Shown: positions 1-5,984 of the stretch, in pieces
How the letters are laid out: each line of letters starts with the position of its first letter
How positions within the stretch are numbered: position 1 is the stretch's first letter
IMG/VR virus record: IMGVR_UViG_2695420564_000002
Location: 1 to 6,125 of that record
Source of the DNA: a virus
Taxonomy: Duplodnaviria > Heunggongvirae > Uroviricota > Caudoviricetes
Reading direction: 5' to 3' (one strand)
DNA: 6,125 nucleotides
Translations under genes and position numbers: made by a program
Notes under the pieces: generated by a model
What the model was told of the DNA's origin: nothing
The model's input: only the letters and a program-made list of their open reading frames with translations
Databases searched by the model: none

Positions 1-22
1 GGCAGCGGCAACCAGCGGCTGC

Positions 23-258
23 TGATATTCGCCAGATTATTGTCCAGTTGTTCGCGCACATCAGGACGAATACAAGAAATATGAATATGGAAATGGTTTT
101 GCGTACGCCCGGTTCGGGAGTTTATCGCCAGTGCTGCCTTCAATGCTTTGTGCGCCAACACGTGAAGCGGTCAGCGAGTGGTTGTACCGCCATCATGAGG
201 TTCCGGCAAACGACGATGAAACGCAGGCGCTCTTGCGTCGGGCGATTCGTTATAATCG
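23..258 (+). other. Coding-like open frame fragment of unknown identity, not in the frame of the downstream ydgH-like gene
   Basis: Frame 2 is open from the TGA at 20-22 through 258 and translates to protein-like text (…[56 protein letters not shown]). The frame that is clean downstream (48..734 in the ORF track) gives an Arg/Cys-rich, non-DUF1471-like translation here. N at 259, 263 and 266 separate this segment from the ydgH-like sequence. I do not recognise the protein. Confidence 0.25.
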
Positions 259-266
259 NGATNGAN

Positions 267-734
267 GCTAACCAGGGCGGCAACCAGCGCATTACTGCAT
301 TCATCTACAAACAAGATGCCAGGAAACGCGTAGTACAAAGCCCGGATGTGATCCCGGCTGATTCCGAAGCCGGACGTGCGGCACTGGCTGCCGGCGGCGA
401 AGCAGCGAAGAAAGTTGAAATCCCAGGCGTAGCTACCACCGCATCACCAAGTTCTGAAGTCGGTCGCTTCTTTGAAACCCAGTCATCAAAAGGTGGGCGT
501 TACACTGTCACGCTACCTGATGGCACGAAAATTGAAGAGCTGAACAAAGCGACTGCGGCAATGATGGTGCCGTTTGACAGCATTAAGTTCTCAGGAAACT
601 ACGGCAACATGACCGAAGTTTCCTACCAGGTTGCTAAACGTGCCGCGAAGAAAGGCGCTAAGTATTACCATATTACCCGCCAGTGGCAGGAACGCGGCAA
701 TAATATGACCATCAGCGCCGACCTGTATAAATAA
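267..734 (+). CDS. ydgH: 3' portion of a DUF1471 (YdgH/BhsA/McbA-type) periplasmic protein gene; 5' end not recoverable in this window
   Basis: Translation from 267 reads ANQGGNQRITAFIYK…PFDSIKFSGNYGNMTEVSYQVAKRAAKKGAKYYHITRQWQERGNNMTISADLYK, with the repeated '…KKGA.YY.I…GN…ADLYK' signature of DUF1471 repeats. Stop TAA at 732-734. Symbol assigned from family resemblance plus its position directly upstream of a ydgI-like gene, as in E. coli. The part upstream of the N cluster does not continue this protein in any frame. Confidence 0.7.
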   Translation, partial: ANQGGNQRITAFIYKQDARKRVVQSPDVIPADSEAGRAALAAGGEAAKKVEIPGVATTASPSSEVGRFFETQSSKGGRYTVTLPDGTKIEELNKATAAMMVPFDSIKFSGNYGNMTEVSYQVAKRAAKKGAKYYHITRQWQERGNNMTISADLYK

Positions 735-752
735 CTATTCAATTATTATGAT

Positions 753-783
753 AAGGCGGCTTCGTGCCGCCTTTCGCATTTTT
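753..783 (+). terminator. Candidate Rho-independent terminator downstream of the ydgH-like gene
   Basis: Perfect 8-bp stem AAGGCGGC (753-760) / GCCGCCTT (766-773) with a 5-nt loop TTCGT, followed by TCGCATTTTT ending in a T5 run at 779-783, 19 nt after the stop codon. The T tract is set 5 nt away from the stem, so the call is moderate. Confidence 0.5.
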
Positions 784-919
784 AGTCACAAATTTCCCTG
801 TGACCATTGCATGCAGTCACATCTCTCCGTAAAATCCCGCGCTTCAGCGGCAAACACCATTTTTATGCGTTTTGCCCCAATATTTATTCTTCCGAACACG
901 TTTTAATCACTGGATATCG

Positions 920-1345
920 ATGGAAAAGAAACTGGGACTGAGCGCACTCACCGCGCTGGTATTAAGCTCAATGCTTGGCGCAGGAGTTTTCAGTCTGCCA
1001 CAAAATATGGCGGCAGTTGCCAGCCCGGCAGCATTGCTCATCGGTTGGGGCATCACAGGCGCAGGCATTTTATTACTGGCCTTCGCGATGCTGATTCTTA
1101 CGCGCATTCGTCCCGACCTTGACGGAGGTATCTTTACCTACGCCCGTGAAGGTTTTGGCGAGCTAATCGGCTTCTGCTCCGCGTGGGGATACTGGCTGTG
1201 CGCGGTTATCGCCAACGTTTCCTATCTGGTGATCGTCTTTTCCGCATTAAGTTTCTTCACCGATACACCAGAACTACGCCTGTTTGGCGATGGCAATACC
1301 TGGCAATCGATCGTCGGCGCATCAGCATTATTGTGGATTGTTCAC
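920..1345 (+). CDS. ydgI: 5' part (about 142 codons) of an APC-superfamily amino-acid/polyamine antiporter (arginine:ornithine-antiporter-like); truncated at the N cluster
   Basis: ATG at 920 gives MEKKLGLSALTALVLSSMLGAGVFSLPQNMAAVASPAALLIGWGITGAGILLLAFAMLILTRIRPDLDGGIFTYAREGFGELIGFCSAWGYWLCAVIANVSYLVIVF…ALLWIVH, which I recognise as the N-terminus of E. coli YdgI with the typical first transmembrane helices of APC transporters. The ORF-track start at 872 adds an implausible 16-aa leader. The last unambiguous codon ends at 1345; after the N at 1346-1356 the frame runs into minus-strand phage sequence and stops at 1405. Confidence 0.8.
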
Positions 1346-1357
1346 NNNTTGATNCNG

Positions 1358-2623
1358 CGAAGGATTGATGGAAAGGCAAGCATTAGGAAAGGCAACCGGC
1401 CATGAGTCATCAACAACGACCATATTACCGTCGGTAGATTGCGGCACTGATACCATCTTCCACTGAAGCAGTGCTGTTCGTTGTACTCCACCAATTAATA
1501 CTGGAATAGTGATGTTACCTGCACTGCTGGCCAATGCTGTTGCAGCAGGCATTTTTGCCGCTTCTCCCAAACCAAGGTATGTGAGAAGACCAGCTACATC
1601 CTTTCCACTCAAATTAGTCAGCGTATTGTCCAGCGGTTGTTTACCTGCCAGTGCATTAAGCATTGTCGTGGCAAAGTTCGGGTCATTCCCCAGCGCCGCC
1701 GCCAGTTCGTTCAGTGTATCCAGTGCCGCAGGTGCAGAACCCACCATTGCCGCAATCGCCGATTTCACAAAAGCCGTAGTGGCAATCTGTGTATTGTTGA
1801 CCGACTGCGCCGCCGTGGGGGCTGTTGGCGTTCCGGTGAGTGCCGGACTCGACAGTGGCGCTTTCAGTGCCAGCGCATTGTTAATGGTGGTACTGAATTT
1901 CGGATCATTGTTAATGGCTACGGCTATTTCTTTCAGCGTGTCCAGCGTGGCTGGAGCACCATTAATAAGAGCCGTCAGTGCCGCCTGAACAAACGCGGTG
2001 GTCGCAACCTGCGTGGTGTTATTCCCCGCCGCTGGCGTTGGCGCTTTGGGGGTTCCGGTAAACGTCGGACTTTCTTTGGGTGCATACTGTGAATGCGGGT
2101 CCGGTGCGGCAAGATGTTTTGCCATCAGGTCATCCACGTACACCTTCAGCTCCAGTGCCTTGTCATCCACATACTTGCGGGTTGCCAGCACTACGGCAGG
2201 GTCGATTTTCAGTGTGATATTGTCCGTGCTGCTGGTAATCAACACCATACGCACGGTCTGGGTACGCCCGCTGCCTTCAGCCAGTTGCGGCTTATAGCTT
2301 TCCGGGCAGTTGCCCACGGCAATCAATGCCCCGGACTCATCAAACAGGCCCACTTCACGTATCCACCAACCGCCCTCGTTTTCAGGGATCACCTGTTCAG
2401 CAATAATCTGGCTGCTGTTCTGCGGGTCGATATAGAGCATATTCAGCGCAGCCCGGCGTTTCTCATTTACTAATGCTGTCTGCTTTGCGTTCGGCGTTGG
2501 CAATGTTCCGCCGCCATCGCCGACCGCCATATGGGTAATTTTTAAAGGCACACCGAGCGCGGCGGCGCTGGCAAGTTTCTCCGCGCCAATATCCGTCAGC
2601 AGGGTATAAAATTTTGTGCTCAT
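1358..2623 (-). CDS. H: P2-like tail fibre protein (gpH family), N-terminal about 420 aa only; distal receptor-binding part missing
   Basis: Minus-strand ATG at 2623-2621 overlaps the stop of the upstream I gene (ATGA). N-terminus MSTKFYTLLTDIGAEKLASAAALGVPLKITHMAVGDGGG… and the …ESYKPQLAEGSGRTQTVRMVLITSS… block match the conserved N-terminal domain of P2 gpH as I remember it. Two tandem 74-aa repeats follow. The frame runs into the N cluster at 1346-1356 and ends on a stop inside ydgI antisense sequence, so the natural C-terminus is absent. Confidence 0.8.
1648..2059 (-). repeat. Two diverged tandem repeats of about 222 bp (74 aa) inside the tail-fibre gene
   Basis: Protein repeats TGTPKAPTPAAGNNTTQVATTAFVQAALTALINGAPATLDTLKEIAVAINNDPKFSTTINNALALKAP… and TGTPTAPTAAQSVNNTQIATTAFVKSAIAAMVGSAPAALDTLNELAAALGNDPNFATTMLNALAGKQP…. 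On the plus strand both units end in …GGCGTTCCGGT / …GGGGTTCCGGT (about 1837 and 2059) and begin GCCAGTGCATTAAG / GCCAGCGCATTGTTAATGG (about 1648 and 1869). Coordinates are approximate. Confidence 0.7.
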
Positions 2624-3225
2624 GGATTCACTCTCATTGTGTCAATAACATGGACCGCCCCGCCTTCATGCGCGGTGCCGCCAGAAATAATTGTTTCGTT
2701 GATATACGGATAGATCGTGATTTCTTCGCCAAGATAGCTGGCGGCTCCCACCCAATGCGGGCCGCTGGTCTGCAGGTTGATGGACATGCCGATCATGTGA
2801 CGGCTACATGGTTTGGCATCGCTTATCAGTCGCTCAAGTTCCAGATAGGTATCTTCAGTGATGCCCTGGTCCTGCACGCCGATATCCAGGCGAAACGTGC
2901 CCGGTGTCTCTCCGGTCTGCCACCACTCAATAATGCGGATCAGAAAGCCGAACGGCTCCACCACCCGCCGCACGGCACTGGTGGTCCCTTTATGCTGATG
3001 AATATAAAAAGCATCCTTCACCACCTGGCGCTTGACGCTTTCTGTCCAGCCCTCGTCCCAGCGATCCACAGAGAACGCCCAGGCGAGATAAGGCAGGAAA
3101 CTGACCGGACAGGTTGCCGGATTCCACAAGTCACGCAGCGGCACCTGCAGATCAGTAATCCCGCTGCAGGTTTGCGCCAGTCGGCGCTCCAGTGAAGTTG
3201 AACCCGGTGGCAGCAGACTATTCAT
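2620..3225 (-). CDS. I: P2-like baseplate protein gpI
   Basis: 201-aa ORF starting MNSLLPPGSTSLERRLAQ…LWNPATCPVSFLPYLAWAFSVDRWDEGW…GTFRLDIGV…, closely resembling P2 gpI as I recall it. Strong Shine-Dalgarno GGAGGA 4-5 nt upstream of the ATG at 3225-3223. Its stop overlaps the H start (ATGA at 2620-2623). Confidence 0.85.
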   Translation of the reverse strand: MNSLLPPGSTSLERRLAQTCSGITDLQVPLRDLWNPATCPVSFLPYLAWAFSVDRWDEGWTESVKRQVVKDAFYIHQHKGTTSAVRRVVEPFGFLIRIIEWWQTGETPGTFRLDIGVQDQGITEDTYLELERLISDAKPCSRHMIGMSINLQTSGPHWVGAASYLGEEITIYPYINETIISGGTAHEGGAVHVIDTMRVNP

Positions 3226-4126
3226 CCGTTCCTCCGTTGGTTACGTGCCACTGCGTACATGATGCCGCCTGTGTTTTGTTCAGGACCACATCCGCCAGAG
3301 GAGAAGCCAGCTCCACACGCTGCACACCCTCAACATGCAGGGCGGCAAAGATGGCGCTACGGCGAATATCCCGACCAAGACGCGTCTGACTGGCGATGTA
3401 CTTCTGCAGGCTGACTTTTGCCGCTGCCATTACCGGCTCTGCTTCCGGTCCCGGATAAAGAAAAATGGTGGCTTCCACTCGGTACGGGATGATTTCTGCG
3501 CTGCGAACCGTCAGACGGTTAGCCACCGGGCGGACGTTCTCACTGTTCAGGGCGTTCTCCACCACATCCAGCAAGTCTTTTTCTGCTGTTCCGTCGCCTT
3601 CGCGGCTAAGGACAGTCAGCACCACCTCTGCAGGTGCCGGACTGGTTGCACTGGCATCCGCCACCCGACCGTCGGCGCTTCGTGCATGAAACTCATAAGC
3701 GGCAGTTGGCCCCGCAACAGAAAGCCCTTCAAAGGCTGCAGGCACACGCAGGCGTAATGCTTCATCACTTTCCATCACAGCCGCAACGGGCGGTACAGCG
3801 TCATCATCAGCAGGTGTCACCGTCAGGCGTTTCACGTTGTAGTTAGCAGCGAGCTGGTCAAGATCGCCGCCCATCGCGTAAGCCACCATCACCGCCTGCG
3901 CGGCTTCGTTAATGCGCTGGCGCAGAAGCAACTCACGATAAGCGTTCTCCTGCAACAATTTGGTAACAGGTTCAGATTCCAGTTCCAGCGTGCGGATCAC
4001 AGCTTCCTGCTCATCTTTCGGATGAAGCGCCACAAATTCTGCCTTGCGTTCGGCAAGCAGCGTCTCAAAGTCCGGCACATCCACAATCTGCGGCGCAGGC
4101 AACTGCGAAAGGTCAATCACTGCCAT
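3218..4126 (-). CDS. J: P2-like baseplate wedge protein gpJ
   Basis: The ORF track starts at 4165, but an internal ATG at 4126-4124 is preceded by GGAG with a 6-nt spacer and gives about 302 aa beginning MAVIDLSQLPAPQIVDVPDFETLLAERKAEF…, matching the length and N-terminus of P2 gpJ. Stop TAG at 3220-3218 overlaps the I start by 8 nt. Confidence 0.85.
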   Translation of the reverse strand: MAVIDLSQLPAPQIVDVPDFETLLAERKAEFVALHPKDEQEAVIRTLELESEPVTKLLQENAYRELLLRQRINEAAQAVMVAYAMGGDLDQLAANYNVKRLTVTPADDDAVPPVAAVMESDEALRLRVPAAFEGLSVAGPTAAYEFHARSADGRVADASATSPAPAEVVLTVLSREGDGTAEKDLLDVVENALNSENVRPVANRLTVRSAEIIPYRVEATIFLYPGPEAEPVMAAAKVSLQKYIASQTRLGRDIRRSAIFAALHVEGVQRVELASPLADVVLNKTQAASCTQWHVTNGGTDE

Positions 4127-4472
4127 TCTCTGCTCCTGTTGATACGGAAAGGGAAACAGGCACACCGTTATTACGCCGCCCGGTCAGCGCCACCACCATT
4201 GAACCGTCAAAATGGCTGTTGATGGTGATGGAATCCAGCGTCAGCCGTGGCTCCCAGCGACTCAGCGCCACATACACTGCCGACATGACCTGCAGGCGTA
4301 ACGCCGGATTTTGTGGCTGGTCTATCAGTGCCGACAGCAGGGAACCATATTCACGGCGAGCAATGCGGCTACCCTGCGGCGTCAGCAGAATGTCCCGCAC
4401 CGACTGGCGCAGATGGTCAATATCAGTAATGGCTTTACCGCTGGTATTGTTCATCCCGCTATAAAGCGTCAT
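4113..4472 (-). CDS. W: P2-like baseplate protein gpW (gp25/GPW family)
   Basis: 119-aa ORF MTLYSGMNNTSGKAITDIDHLRQSVRDILLTPQGSRIARREYGSLLSALIDQPQNPALRLQ…, with the GPW/gp25 signature and the size of P2 gpW. GGAGG lies about 7 nt upstream of the ATG at 4472-4470. The start overlaps the V stop (ATGA) and the 3' end overlaps the J start by 14 nt. Confidence 0.85.
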   Translation of the reverse strand: MTLYSGMNNTSGKAITDIDHLRQSVRDILLTPQGSRIARREYGSLLSALIDQPQNPALRLQVMSAVYVALSRWEPRLTLDSITINSHFDGSMVVALTGRRNNGVPVSLSVSTGAENGSD

Positions 4473-5047
4473 ACCGGGCCTCCAGTTGTGTCGCCGCCTT
4501 TCAGGACGCCAGTATGCTGATGCGCATCAACCTCGATCCCGTTAGAACTCATCGCTCCGCCGCCCTGGGTAACGCCACCATTGATCACCACTTCGCTGTT
4601 AATGCGCGTGCGGTCAGCCTCCAGTACAAACTCACTGGTTTTCATGGTGATGTTGTCAGCGGCCTCAATGACCATTGATTTGATGCCCCTGACATACCAG
4701 CGCCCGGTGGCGGGTTCGTATTCAAACCAGCTACCGTCAGGATGTTCTGTCACGCAGGCGTCCGCCGACGTCGACGGTGGTGCGAACTGATTCGAATAGA
4801 CAGCGGGCAGCGCAAAGGCGGTCTCCAGATTGCCGCCCAGACTCAGCAGCACCACCTGCTCACCTTCCGATGGTTTCCACCATGTCCGGGCATTACCCGC
4901 GCGCAGCGTCAGCCAGTTAATCCAGTTGGTTTCAAGGTCGCCCGTTTTCACCCGGCAAAGCCAGTTTTCCCGGTCCACTTCGGTGACTACACCTATGCGG
5001 ATCAGATTGGTGATAAGGCGCATGATTTCGGTTAGTTGTGCGTTCAT
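4469..5047 (-). CDS. V: P2-like baseplate spike protein gpV
   Basis: Start placed at the ATG at 5047-5045 (MNAQLTEIMRLITNLIRIGVVTEVDRENWLCRVKTGDL…WWKPSEGEQVV…HQHTGVLKGGDTTGGPV), which aligns with the N-terminus of P2 gpV. The 81 codons the ORF track adds upstream (to 5290) are antisense to the AT-rich block and are not phage-like. No Shine-Dalgarno precedes this ATG, consistent with loss of the normally coupled upstream gene S. Confidence 0.8.
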   Translation of the reverse strand: MNAQLTEIMRLITNLIRIGVVTEVDRENWLCRVKTGDLETNWINWLTLRAGNARTWWKPSEGEQVVLLSLGGNLETAFALPAVYSNQFAPPSTSADACVTEHPDGSWFEYEPATGRWYVRGIKSMVIEAADNITMKTSEFVLEADRTRINSEVVINGGVTQGGGAMSSNGIEVDAHQHTGVLKGGDTTGGPV

Positions 5048-5085
5048 AGATATATGATGACAGCTGAAAACTTGTTTATAACTTC

Positions 5086-5113
5086 TTGCAAATTGTGGTA
5101 TCGATGGTACAAA
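5086..5113 (+). promoter_or_regulatory. Candidate sigma70 promoter with extended -10 for the AT-rich ORF
   Basis: TTGCAA (5086-5091), 16-nt spacer, then TGgTACAAA (TG at 5105-5106, hexamer 5108-5113), about 40 nt upstream of the ATG at 5151. AGGTGG at 5140-5145 is the ribosome-binding site, 5 nt before the start. Pattern match by eye only. Confidence 0.35.
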
Positions 5114-5150
5114 TTGATAAAAGGATAAAAAACAACCAATAGGTGGATAA

Positions 5151-5957
5151 ATGAGTGTTATGAATCCAATAAGTTCTAATATATTTAATGCTGAATTTTT
5201 AAACACCCCGGCAGCGGCACTTGCCGCATGGATTTCCATTATTGGAGCTGTTATAACTTTGGTGACGATAGTTATAAGAGCACTATTCAAATATAGAAAA
5301 TCTCATGATGTAATTTTGAAAAAATCAGGAATACCTGCGTTTATATTAAATTTTTTTCTTATACGAATATCATTAAAAAGGCTGCCTACTATCACATGGG
5401 CTGAAAAATCAATCACGGTTCTCTTTTCACTTCTTTTTTTGTATGCAATTTATATTTTTGGTCCAGTTTTCATCCAAGCCATTAGAACCCCACCAAATAG
5501 CACATTGCTTTATTGGATAAAGTCCGGTGAATCATTTTATATGTCAAAAAAACTGGCGACTGCAGCTACAATATTAACCACTCCTGATTGGGAAATATCA
5601 AAGGATGATTGCGAAGAGTCATCCTCTGCCAGTACAGAGAAGTACAAATCATTAACTATCGAACATAAAGAAATTCTTTGTAAACTACTAACCACTGATG
5701 AAGGGAATGCTTACATTGATGAAGAAGTCAAGAATTTCGTTAAAGACAAATTCTTTATCTATTCCTTTGCCCCAACAACCATATTTATTCTATTATGGAT
5801 TTCTTTGGGTTTTATACTGACCATTCACTATTCTAAAAAAGTTAGGAAATATATTCTGACTGAACAAAAAAATGCAATTCATTGGGCATATGGTGAATTC
5901 AAGACAGAAGGAATCTATTCAATATATCAAGAGTTAGAACGTAAGACTCACCATTAA
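5151..5957 (+). CDS. Hypothetical 268-aa multi-pass membrane protein, AT-rich, no family recognised; candidate phage moron (accessory or defence-type gene)
   Basis: ATG at 5151 with a strong SD, stop TAA at 5955-5957. Hydrophobic stretches at about aa 21-46 ([26 protein letters not shown]), 60-75, 87-111 ([25 protein letters not shown]) and 206-227 ([21 protein letters not shown]). Basic loops (KYRKSH, KRLP, SKKVRKY) fit the positive-inside rule. An acidic soluble region of about 95 aa sits between helices 3 and 4. Two hand-counted 60-nt lines give about 28% G+C against about 60% in the adjacent tail genes. Opposite strand to the tail operon. Confidence 0.7.
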   Translation: MSVMNPISSNIFNAEFLNTPAAALAAWISIIGAVITLVTIVIRALFKYRKSHDVILKKSGIPAFILNFFLIRISLKRLPTITWAEKSITVLFSLLFLYAIYIFGPVFIQAIRTPPNSTLLYWIKSGESFYMSKKLATAATILTTPDWEISKDDCEESSSASTEKYKSLTIEHKEILCKLLTTDEGNAYIDEEVKNFVKDKFFIYSFAPTTIFILLWISLGFILTIHYSKKVRKYILTEQKNAIHWAYGEFKTEGIYSIYQELERKTHH

Positions 5958-5984
5958 GACCCAACAAACGACGCTCTGCGTAAC

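Noticed and set aside
48-266. N-terminal two-thirds of the 48..734 ORF ([16 protein letters not shown]…)
   Set aside because: The translation is Arg/Cys-rich and unlike the DUF1471 protein encoded downstream of the N cluster; the frame continuity across 259-266 is probably accidental. Only 267-734 is called as ydgH-like.
872-919. Upstream extension of the ydgI-like ORF (MPQYLFFRTRFNHWIS)
   Set aside because: The recognisable antiporter N-terminus begins at the ATG at 920; the extension is a non-conserved-looking leader in the intergenic region.
907-1368. ORFs 907..1107 (-) and 1183..1368 (+)
   Set aside because: Both lie fully inside the well-supported ydgI-like coding sequence, in antisense or alternate frame, with low-complexity translations.
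1509-2473. Plus-strand ORFs 1509..1988, 1637..2092, 1998..2297 and 2093..2473
   Set aside because: Shadow ORFs antisense to the tail-fibre gene; the Ala/Ser-rich and Arg/Cys-rich translations reflect GC-rich repeat sequence read in the wrong frame.
1358-5047. Possibility that the V-W-J-I block is part of a type VI secretion system
   Set aside because: Gene order, the P2-type overlaps and the adjacent H tail-fibre gene with phage-fibre repeats point to a P2-like myophage or tailocin baseplate, not a T6SS; no TssB/C, Hcp or ClpV-like genes are present.
2614-5057. Plus-strand ORFs 2614..3195, 3192..3389, 3335..3757, 3465..3689, 3634..3846, 4022..4222, 4219..4464, 4311..4520, 4581..4790, 4742..5035 and 4830..5057
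   Set aside because: All are antisense to the strongly supported minus-strand genes I, J, W and V, and have Arg/Cys/His-rich translations with no start context.
5048-5290. 81-codon N-terminal extension of the V ORF (ORF track 4469..5290)
   Set aside because: The extension is antisense to the AT-rich block and the start of the 268-aa plus-strand gene; homology to gpV begins at the ATG at 5047.
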